The notes beneath the pieces are model-generated. The model was given only the letters and a program-made list of their open reading frames with translations. It did not search any database and was not told the DNA's origin. DNA of 33,212 nucleotides from Bacteroidota bacterium. GTDB lineage: Bacteria; Bacteroidota; Bacteroidia; Chitinophagales; Chitinophagaceae. The stretch spans positions 1 to 33,212 of the forward strand of contig JAURLW010000105.1 in NCBI GenBank assembly GCA_030831005.1, given 5' to 3'. The position numbers and the translations under genes are program-made. How positions within the stretch are numbered: position 1 is the first letter of the stretch; each line of letters begins with the position of its first letter. Positions 8,906 through 16,797 of the stretch are shown here, piece by piece.

Positions 8906-9223
8906 TTACATATGTTGCTGAATCTTCTTATCGAAAGCTGGTTTAGGTGCTGCACCTACTTGTTTATCAACTACTTGTCCGCCTTTGATAAATAAAACAC
9001 ATGGAATGCTAGTGATGCCATAGTTTACAGACAAATTTGGGTTTTCGTCTACATTTACTTTACCAACGTTTACTTTCCCTGCATATTCAGTAGATAAAGC
9101 ATCGATGGTTGGACCTAATGCTAAGCATGGACCACACCATGGAGCCCAAAAATCTACTACGCTTAATTTGTCGGATTGAAGAACCTCTGCTTCAAAGTTT
9201 GCATCATTAAATACTGCTGCCAT
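8906..9223 (-). CDS. trxA: Thioredoxin
   Basis: 105 aa with the WCGPC active site (FWAPWCGPC). Confidence 0.95.
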   Translation of the reverse strand: MAAVFNDANFEAEVLQSDKLSVVDFWAPWCGPCLALGPTIDALSTEYAGKVNVGKVNVDENPNLSVNYGITSIPCVLFIKGGQVVDKQVGAAPKPAFDKKIQQHM

Positions 9224-9255
9224 TGTTTATGTTTTAGAATGTTTATTTTAGATAG

Positions 9256-9263
9256 CAAAGGTA
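9256..9263 (-). promoter_or_regulatory. -7 box TACCTTTG upstream of trxA
   Basis: Matches TAnnTTTG, 33 nt upstream of the trxA ATG, inside the 103-nt dnaE-trxA gap. Confidence 0.45.
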
Positions 9264-9326
9264 ATAAGGAATTGTGAAAGTAATTATAGATTACACTAAT
9301 ACCTTTATATACATTATGTGGAAAAT

Positions 9327-12300
9327 TTAACTACTCAACTCCAATTTATATTCAATATGGGATTGCGCATCCATATACTGCAATAAATCATCGGTAATAT
9401 CCATTTTTTGAGTACCTAATTTTAGTTTAGTTATTTCTTGCGTTGTTTCGTCAGAGACCCAAAATAATACATCGCATTTACCAGGATGCTCAATAATCAT
9501 TTTGCGCATAGTTTGTATAAACTCTTGAGATACTTTATGTAAAGGCAATTTAATATTCAAACACTTACACCATACCTTACGCGCTTGTTCTAACAACATC
9601 ATATTTTGAATAGAAAACTCAAAATAGTTTTCTCTAAATCGATGTTGTTGATACGAGCCTGTTATGATTAAGGATTGTCCGTCTTTAATGTAATTGGAAT
9701 ACTTTACATACTGCTCTTTCCAAAGTGTGAAGGTATAACTACCGCTATAATCATTCAAATTGAAGCGACAATATTTAACTCCCGTTTTAGTAGTTAAATC
9801 TGCAGCATCGGTAACAAAACCAGCTATCTTCAGCACTTTATCTACACTATTCTCTATTTGATCTACCGTATTGAAATTGAAATTCTTCATTTCAAATTTA
9901 AACCCATCAAGCGGATGAGCACTCAGATAAATACCCACTACCTCTTTTTCTTTCTGCAATAATTCCGGCAATGACCAATTGTCGCAGGCAGGCATTTCAG
10001 GGGGCTTAATATCAGGCATTGCCATGGCTCCAAACAAGCTATTAGTAGTAGCACTTTTACTTGCTTGCACTTGATTACCAAAACGTATTAATCTTTCTAT
10101 ACCACTTACATTATCTGAAGGCGTAGCATAAAAATATTGCGCTCTGTGCAAATCTGTAAAACTATCAAAGGCACCTGCTAAAACTAAACTTTCTAAGGAT
10201 CGTTTATTAACTGTACGTTGATTGATACGGGATACAAAATCATAAATACTGGCATAACTGCCGTTTGTTTCTCGTTCTAAAATTAAATCCTCTACAGCCG
10301 ACTCTCCTACTCCTTTAATGGCATTTAAACCAAAACGTACAACACCTGATTTATTTACAGAAAAACCTTTTCTACTTTCATTTACATCCGGACCCAAAAC
10401 AGGCAAATTCATACGCCTACACTCTTCCATGAAAAAGGTAATCTTATCAATATTATTTTGGTTGTTATTTAAAACAGCCGCCATGTATTCTGCCGGATAA
10501 TGCGCTTTTAAATAGGCTGTTTGATATGCTACAAATGCATAGCAAGTAGAATGTGATTTATTAAAAGCGTATTGTGCAAAGGCTTCCCAATCGGTCCATA
10601 TTTTATTTAATTTATCCTCAGGATGATTTAAGTCCGTAGCGCCTTTCATGAAATCACCTTTCATTTTATCGAGCGTATAACGATCCTTTTTACCCATTGC
10701 TTTACGCAACACATCGGCTTGTCCTTTTGTAAAATTGGCTAGCTTCTGAGACAATAACATAACTTGCTCCTGATACACGGTAATACCATAGGTATCTGCA
10801 AGGTATTCTTCCATTTCTGGAAGATCATATACGATTGATTCCAAACCGTGTTTACGCTTAATGAAGTTTGGAATGTATTGTATAGGTCCTGGCCTATACA
10901 AGGCATTCATAGCAATTAGATCATCAAATTTATCGGGCTTTAAATCTCTTAAGTGCTTTTGCATCCCAACGCTTTCAAATTGAAAGGTTCCATTGGTTGC
11001 ACCACTTTTATATAACTCAAATGTTTTTTCATCATCAAGCGGAATCGTATCTAGATCAATCTCAATTCCATGATTTAATTTAATTAACTCTAATGCATCT
11101 TTTAAAATGGATAAGGTTTTCAAACCTAAAAAGTCCATTTTAATTACCCCTGCATTTTCAATTATTTTTCCTTCATATTGTGTTATGAGCAAGTCAACTT
11201 CTTTACTCGTTGCTACCGGTATTAATTCGCTCAAATCTTTAGGTGCAATAATGATACCCGCTGCATGTATTCCCGTACCCCTAACAGAGCCTTCTAATAT
11301 TTCTGCTTGTCGCAATACATCGCCTGCTAAAGACTCTTCTTGATAGTACTTTCTTAGTTTGAGTACATTATCAATATCCTCTTGTTGCAATCCTTCTTTT
11401 TCCTTCAATCCCTTATCACCATCAATTGGAGCTGTTAACACTCTTTTTAAAGACACGCCAGGTTTATCAGGTACTAATTTAGCTAAGCCATTAGCCTCCA
11501 TCAATGGAAGATCTAATACGCGGGCTACGTCCTTAATGCTCATCTTAGCAGCCATTGTACCATAGGTAACGATATGAGCTACTTGATTTTTTCCATATTT
11601 ATCAACTACATAATCAATTACTTTTTGTCGGCCCGCATCATCAAAATCCGTATCAATATCGGGCATCGATTTTCTATCTGGATTTAAGAAACGCTCAAAA
11701 AGTAATTTATATTTTATCGGGTCGATATTGGTAATGCCAATACAATATGCAACAGCTGAGCCCGCTGCCGATCCTCTACCTGGACCAACAAATACACCCA
11801 AGTCTCTACCCGCTTTAATGAAGTCTGCTACAATTAAAAAGTAACCGGCAAAACCCATGGTTTTAACGGTAAACAATTCAAACTTAATACGCTCTTCAAT
11901 TTCAGCTGTTATTTCTTGATAACGATGTTTGGCGCCTTCCCAAGTAAGATGTTCTAAATAAGCATCTTGATCATTATTGAAATTTTCTGGCACCTGAAAA
12001 AAGGGTAATAGAATTTCTCTTTCTAATTTTAAAGGTGCTACTTTATCTACAATCAATTGGGTATTTTCAATTGCTTGTGGTATATCTTTAAATAAGCTAC
12101 TCATTTCTTGAGTAGTCTTAAAATAAAATTGATCGTTATAAAAAGCAAATCGAGTATTTCTATTCTGCGCAGCATCATCATCTACAAACTCTTTCATACT
12201 CGGTGTCGATTTTTTCTCACCTGTATTGATGCACAATAAAATATCGTGTGCATTATAATCAGTTTGATCTACATAGTGGGAATCATTAGAGGCAATAACG

Positions 12301-12947
12301 GGAACTTGATATTTTTTAGCCCATTTCAACAGCACTTCGTTTACCTTTATTTGCTCAGGAATATCATGTCTTTGCAATTCTACATAATAATCATCGCCAA
12401 ATAAATCTAACCACCATTTAAATTCTTTTTCTGCTTCCTCTTCGCCTTTATTTAAAATAGCTTTAGGTACAGATGCTCCAATGCAACAAGTCGTAGCAAT
12501 TAGTCCTTCGTGATATTGCAATACCAATTCTTTATCAATCCTTGGGTATTTACCGTAAAGACCTTCCATAAAACCGAGGGAACATAGCTTTACGAGATTT
12601 TTATAGCCAATTTCATTTTTTGCTAAAAACAATTGATGATAACGCTTATCCTTTTCCTCTCTAGAAAAACTTCTTTTATGCCTGTTTTCTACGAGATAAA
12701 ATTCACAACCAACAATTGGTTTCACTACAGGTTCTACAATATCATTTCCTAACTCATCTTTACCCACAACTTTTTTATTTTTCCATGCAGCAGCAACAAA
12801 CTCAAATGCCCCAAACATATTTCCATGGTCGGTAATAGCAATGGCAGGCATATTATCTTCCATCGCTTTATTATATAAGCGAGAAATGCTAGAAGCTCCG
12901 TCTAATAAAGAAAATTGGGTATGATTGTGTAAATGAGAAAACTGCAT
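9327..12947 (-). CDS. dnaE: DNA polymerase III alpha subunit
   Basis: 1206 aa; N-terminal PHP domain (HLHNHTQFSLLDG), the Pol IIIalpha core motif (PDIDTDF), and a clamp-motif-like TNSLF. Confidence 0.95.
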   Translation of the reverse strand: MQFSHLHNHTQFSLLDGASSISRLYNKAMEDNMPAIAITDHGNMFGAFEFVAAAWKNKKVVGKDELGNDIVEPVVKPIVGCEFYLVENRHKRSFSREEKDKRYHQLFLAKNEIGYKNLVKLCSLGFMEGLYGKYPRIDKELVLQYHEGLIATTCCIGASVPKAILNKGEEEAEKEFKWWLDLFGDDYYVELQRHDIPEQIKVNEVLLKWAKKYQVPVIASNDSHYVDQTDYNAHDILLCINTGEKKSTPSMKEFVDDDAAQNRNTRFAFYNDQFYFKTTQEMSSLFKDIPQAIENTQLIVDKVAPLKLEREILLPFFQVPENFNNDQDAYLEHLTWEGAKHRYQEITAEIEERIKFELFTVKTMGFAGYFLIVADFIKAGRDLGVFVGPGRGSAAGSAVAYCIGITNIDPIKYKLLFERFLNPDRKSMPDIDTDFDDAGRQKVIDYVVDKYGKNQVAHIVTYGTMAAKMSIKDVARVLDLPLMEANGLAKLVPDKPGVSLKRVLTAPIDGDKGLKEKEGLQQEDIDNVLKLRKYYQEESLAGDVLRQAEILEGSVRGTGIHAAGIIIAPKDLSELIPVATSKEVDLLITQYEGKIIENAGVIKMDFLGLKTLSILKDALELIKLNHGIEIDLDTIPLDDEKTFELYKSGATNGTFQFESVGMQKHLRDLKPDKFDDLIAMNALYRPGPIQYIPNFIKRKHGLESIVYDLPEMEEYLADTYGITVYQEQVMLLSQKLANFTKGQADVLRKAMGKKDRYTLDKMKGDFMKGATDLNHPEDKLNKIWTDWEAFAQYAFNKSHSTCYAFVAYQTAYLKAHYPAEYMAAVLNNNQNNIDKITFFMEECRRMNLPVLGPDVNESRKGFSVNKSGVVRFGLNAIKGVGESAVEDLILERETNGSYASIYDFVSRINQRTVNKRSLESLVLAGAFDSFTDLHRAQYFYATPSDNVSGIERLIRFGNQVQASKSATTNSLFGAMAMPDIKPPEMPACDNWSLPELLQKEKEVVGIYLSAHPLDGFKFEMKNFNFNTVDQIENSVDKVLKIAGFVTDAADLTTKTGVKYCRFNLNDYSGSYTFTLWKEQYVKYSNYIKDGQSLIITGSYQQHRFRENYFEFSIQNMMLLEQARKVWCKCLNIKLPLHKVSQEFIQTMRKMIIEHPGKCDVLFWVSDETTQEITKLKLGTQKMDITDDLLQYMDAQSHIEYKLELSS

Positions 12948-13040
12948 AAATTCTTAAACTAATGTATAGCAAATGAGCTATCCAATACCTACAAAGAAAC
13001 ACAAAAAATAGGGCAAATAAAAACAATTTTATTAACAGCC

Positions 13041-14333
13041 TTAGGCTTTATAAAACAGGGATTCCAAGGCTTTCACCTTCAATTTTAACTCCTCCCATTC
13101 TTGTTGAGGATCGCTATCAATAGTAATAGCACCGCCACTGGCTATAGCAATAGATTGATCTAATGTATTGATAAAAAATGAACGTATGACTACATTAAAA
13201 TCAAAATCTCCCGTTGGACTAATATATCCAATGGAGCCTGAAAAAAGTCCTCTTTGATACAGCTCTAAGGCTTCGATTAATTGCATAACCATGATTTTGG
13301 GCGCGCCGGTCATACTCCCCATTGGGAAAAGTGCCTTAATAATTTGGGTAAACGATATACCCTCTTTTAATTGACATTGAATAGTAGAAATCAAATGATG
13401 CACTTGAGGAAATGTATACACTTTTAAAAGCTCTGTTACTTCTACCGTCCCAAGCTTAGCAACACGAGCTAAATCATTTCTAACTAAATCTACAATCATT
13501 ACATGCTCCGCCAATTCTTTAGAAGCATTGGATAAGTTGGTTTTTTGAATTTCATCTTGCTCCAAATCATGTCCTCTCTTAATGGTGCCTTTGATTGGTT
13601 GAGAATAAAGCATCTGATCTGTTTTAGCCAGAAATCGTTCTGGACTAGCGCAAAGCACGTGCTGATGTTTAAACTTATAATACGCAGCAAAAGGAGCAGG
13701 AGAATGTTGCATTAAGGAAGCAAACACCTGCAAGGCAGCGGTTTGTTGTAATTTAGATTGAACTACAACGCAATAATTCAACTCGTAACAATCGCCCATT
13801 CTAATATGTTCCTGTATGCGCTTAATTTTAGTTATATAGTCTGCTTGCGATTCTGAGGTTACAAAATCAAGTGTTTCTTGAATGGGCTCCACAATGCTTT
13901 GAGCCGACATAACTTGATTATAGATCAAAATTGGATCTTGATCCGATTCAATTACTAAAGATTGGCTATTTCGCTCGATATAAATTACACTAGTGGGCCT
14001 ATAAAAAAGCGTAGGCGAAAAAGTATTAAAAACAGGTAAGGTATTCTCTAATTGTTTTTCAACGAAAGATTTATAATTATAAGCTATATGACCAAAAAAC
14101 CAATCTTGTTGGGCTTCATTAGCTATATCTTCTATATTATAAAGCTTGGTATCATCCTTAGCAACTCCTATTATTATTTCATAGGTCCCCTTGGTCGTAT
14201 AATTCTGATTCGTGCACAAATAAGAAAAAATGCTGAATGGTTGTAACCAATTCAGCATTTTTAATTTCATTACTTCCAATTCATGGGATTGAAAAGGAAA
14301 AGCTTTTTTATTTCTATTATTATCTATACGCAT
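13041..14333 (-). CDS. pabB: Aminodeoxychorismate synthase component I (chorismate-utilising enzyme family)
   Basis: SPERF, PIKGT (Lys as in PabB; anthranilate synthase has PIAGT), MTGAPK, GGAITIDS. The start is uncertain: the ATG at 14333 abuts the upstream stop, and the alternative is Met22 at 14270. Confidence 0.75.
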   Translation of the reverse strand: MRIDNNRNKKAFPFQSHELEVMKLKMLNWLQPFSIFSYLCTNQNYTTKGTYEIIIGVAKDDTKLYNIEDIANEAQQDWFFGHIAYNYKSFVEKQLENTLPVFNTFSPTLFYRPTSVIYIERNSQSLVIESDQDPILIYNQVMSAQSIVEPIQETLDFVTSESQADYITKIKRIQEHIRMGDCYELNYCVVVQSKLQQTAALQVFASLMQHSPAPFAAYYKFKHQHVLCASPERFLAKTDQMLYSQPIKGTIKRGHDLEQDEIQKTNLSNASKELAEHVMIVDLVRNDLARVAKLGTVEVTELLKVYTFPQVHHLISTIQCQLKEGISFTQIIKALFPMGSMTGAPKIMVMQLIEALELYQRGLFSGSIGYISPTGDFDFNVVIRSFFINTLDQSIAIASGGAITIDSDPQQEWEELKLKVKALESLFYKA

Positions 14334-14750
14334 TTAAAAATCATCATCGTCATCATCAAAACCACCATCATTGAAAAACCCTAGGTCTTTGAAATCATCA
14401 TCATCGTCGTCTTTTAAAGATTTTTTAGGACCCGATTTAGATTTTGATTTTGGCAATTCAAATTCCTCAAAATCTTTATCCATATCATAATCATCTACAT
14501 CATCGAAATCATCATCGTCATCATCCTCCATGTCATCATCAAAATCATCATCGTCTATATCATCATCCTCTTCTATTTTCTTAGTTGTTTTTTTAGTTGC
14601 TTTTACTGCAGTTTTTTTAGCAGGCTTTACTTCTTCTTCCTCATCATCCTCATCAACAGTTTTTTTCTTAGCTGCTTTTTTAACAGGAGTATCTTTTTTT
14701 ACTACGGCTGCTTTTTTAGTTGTGCTTTTTTTACTAGGTGTAGTCTTCAT
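14334..14750 (-). CDS. Uncharacterised block-polyampholyte protein with Lys-rich H1-like blocks alternating with poly-Asp/Glu blocks
   Basis: The track ORF 14334..14828 begins at TTG; I prefer the first ATG (14750-14748), giving 138 aa. The sequence runs MKTTPSKKSTTKKAAVVKK...DEDDEEEE...KPAKKTAVKATKKTTKK...DDDDFDDDMEDDDDDDFDD...KSKSKSGPKK...DDDDDDFKDLGFFNDGGFDDDDDDF. By my count it has about 52 Asp/Glu, about 28 Lys and no Arg. Confidence 0.6.
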   Translation of the reverse strand: MKTTPSKKSTTKKAAVVKKDTPVKKAAKKKTVDEDDEEEEVKPAKKTAVKATKKTTKKIEEDDDIDDDDFDDDMEDDDDDDFDDVDDYDMDKDFEEFELPKSKSKSGPKKSLKDDDDDDFKDLGFFNDGGFDDDDDDF

Positions 14751-14828
14751 GTTTTCAAAAACTTTGTTGATGTAAAATTTTAAATCTTTATTGAAATTGC
14801 CAAATTTTTTTAAAACTTTTTTTTTCAA

Positions 14829-16094
14829 TTATTTTAAATGAATTAACTGATCTCTTCCAGGGCCATTAGAAATGTATTCTATTTTAGTTTCAATAAATTG
14901 TTCAATAAAATTACAATACGTTATAAACGCCGGATCCAAATTTTCTTGCGAAGTACTTTTTGAGGTTGGATTTTCCCATCCAGGAAATTGTTTATAAACT
15001 GGCTTTATAGTTGCATTACAAACATCATATGGAAAATCTTCGGTTACCGTTCCATTAACGTCATACGCTATACAAACTTCAACCGGTTTGAACGCATCTA
15101 AAATATCTGCTTTAGTTACAATTAATTTTGTAACACCGCTGAGCATTACTGCATATTTCAAGGCCACTAAATCAATCCAGCCGCAACGACGAGGACGACC
15201 CGTAGTTGCTCCAAATTCGCCACCTTCTTTTCTAATTGCTTCACCCAATTCATCCATTAATTCTGTAGGGAATGGTCCGCCACCTACACGCGTGCAATAC
15301 GCTTTAGTGATTCCAAATATATCTCTAATTTTAGTAGGTGCTACACCAAGTCCATTACAAACACCTGCAGAAATAGTATTAGAACTTGTAACGAATGGAT
15401 ACGTACCAAAATCAATATCTAACATGCTACCTTGCGCACCTTCTGCAAGTACTTTCTTTCCTTGTTTCAATTGATTATTCAACCAATACTCTGCATTGAT
15501 AATTTGCAATTCCTTTAAAAAGTGTACTGCTTTGAAAAAATCATCTTCCCAAGCTTGCCAATCCACTACTTGATCATATTGATTCAGTAATTGTAGATGT
15601 TTTTCTTTTAATCTATTGTAACGCGCTTCAAAATCATGGGCTAAAATATCGCCGATACGCAAACCATTTCTACCGGTTTTGTCCATATAAGCCGGACCTA
15701 TACCTTTTAATGTAGAACCAATTTTATCGTTTCCTTTAGAGGCTTCTGAAGCAGCATCTAAAGCTCTATGCGTTGGAATAATGATATGCGCTCTTTGAGA
15801 GATAAATAACCTGCTCAGCATGTCGGGTTGTAAAGCTACTATCGTATCAATTTCTTTTTTCAAGGTTACTGGATCTATCACAACACCATTACCTATTAAG
15901 TTAAGACAATGCGAATGAAAGACACCAGAAGGAATAGTATGCAATACTACTTTTTGTCCGTTTACATATAAGGTATGTCCAGCATTTGGTCCACCTTGAA
16001 ATCTTGCTATAATATCATATGAAGTAGCTAAGTAATCAACAATTTTACCCTTTCCTTCATCGCCCCATTGCAATCCTAATAATACGTCTATCAT
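14829..16094 (-). CDS. purA: Adenylosuccinate synthase
   Basis: 421 aa; QWGDEGKGK P-loop, GGPNAGHT, TTGRPRRCGW. Confidence 0.97.
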   Translation of the reverse strand: MIDVLLGLQWGDEGKGKIVDYLATSYDIIARFQGGPNAGHTLYVNGQKVVLHTIPSGVFHSHCLNLIGNGVVIDPVTLKKEIDTIVALQPDMLSRLFISQRAHIIIPTHRALDAASEASKGNDKIGSTLKGIGPAYMDKTGRNGLRIGDILAHDFEARYNRLKEKHLQLLNQYDQVVDWQAWEDDFFKAVHFLKELQIINAEYWLNNQLKQGKKVLAEGAQGSMLDIDFGTYPFVTSSNTISAGVCNGLGVAPTKIRDIFGITKAYCTRVGGGPFPTELMDELGEAIRKEGGEFGATTGRPRRCGWIDLVALKYAVMLSGVTKLIVTKADILDAFKPVEVCIAYDVNGTVTEDFPYDVCNATIKPVYKQFPGWENPTSKSTSQENLDPAFITYCNFIEQFIETKIEYISNGPGRDQLIHLK

Positions 16095-16252
16095 TTTTTT
16101 AAATTGAATTGTAAAGTTACTTTCAAAATTGGTTTCTCAAACAATAAAAGAAAAAAAATAGAAAAAAATATATCTACATAATCTAATTTGGTTCTCCTTT
16201 GCATTTTGTTTTTAAAATACTGTATATTTAGCCCCGAAAGTAGGCCAAAAGC

Positions 16253-16696
16253 ATGAGTGATAAAATATATCTATTAGATTATGAAGATCAGCAAGAAGAC
16301 TTTTTTTCTGACTTTGTTCTTATTGGTATCACCTGCACCTTTAATACCGAAAAATTTGTTTGGCTACTCCATAAATATCTCAATATTGCATTCCATCGCC
16401 AGTTAGAAATGGACGTATTTATTTCTAAGAGCGAGGACGAACAGCAGTATTTCCCTGTTTTTACCTACCAAGCTCCCTTAAAAAGTACCGAGCATGTACT
16501 ATATAAACAAAAGGAAAAAACAGATTTCCTGTTGCCCGAAATTAAAAATGTAGATTACCTGTGGGGTATGCGCGGGGGCGACGCCAATAATGAGGCTAGC
16601 TATTTGATTCCCATCATCAAGCAAATTCCCGAAATTCAATTCATACAGGTTTTAGATCCCAAGAAACTAAAGAACAAATTGAACATCGTGCTCTAA
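16253..16696 (+). CDS. IPExxxVDY family protein (Bacteroidota-restricted, function unknown)
   Basis: 147 aa with LPEIKNVDY at aa 94-102 (nt 16532-16558), matching the family's name-giving motif. The family assignment is recalled from memory, not searched. Confidence 0.65.
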   Translation: MSDKIYLLDYEDQQEDFFSDFVLIGITCTFNTEKFVWLLHKYLNIAFHRQLEMDVFISKSEDEQQYFPVFTYQAPLKSTEHVLYKQKEKTDFLLPEIKNVDYLWGMRGGDANNEASYLIPIIKQIPEIQFIQVLDPKKLKNKLNIVL

Positions 16697-16763
16697 TGCA
16701 GGATGGAATTAAATAATATTTGTTAAATCATAGAATAGTATAGTAGACTTTAAGCTATTTTTC

Positions 16764-16771
16764 TATATTTG
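16764..16771 (+). promoter_or_regulatory. -7 box TATATTTG upstream of the DUF2723 gene
   Basis: Matches TAnnTTTG, 27 nt upstream of the ATG at 16798. Confidence 0.45.
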
Positions 16772-16797
16772 TTGCAATTCAATAAAATAAATCAACA

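Noticed and set aside
14530-14775. Ser/Phe-rich + strand ORF (81 aa) opposite the charged-protein gene
   Set aside because: It is the antisense reading of GAT/GAA/AAA repeats. It is low-complexity and lies within a co-oriented minus-strand operon.
15088-15474. 128-aa + ORF antisense to purA. Similar antisense ORFs occur in glmM, recA, rpsG, rpsL, dnaE, pabB, the DUF2723 gene, the LptF/G gene, the GT2 gene, htrA, sucC and the T9SS gene.
   Set aside because: All are nested in strongly supported conserved genes on the opposite strand or in another frame, and none shows a recognisable motif.
16095-16252. 158-nt A-rich purA/IPExxxVDY divergent intergenic region as a possible sRNA or small ORF
   Set aside because: I found no convincing hairpin, terminator or ORF. 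There are only near-consensus promoter-like boxes (TAACTTTA, TATATTTA), which is consistent with a plain divergent promoter region.
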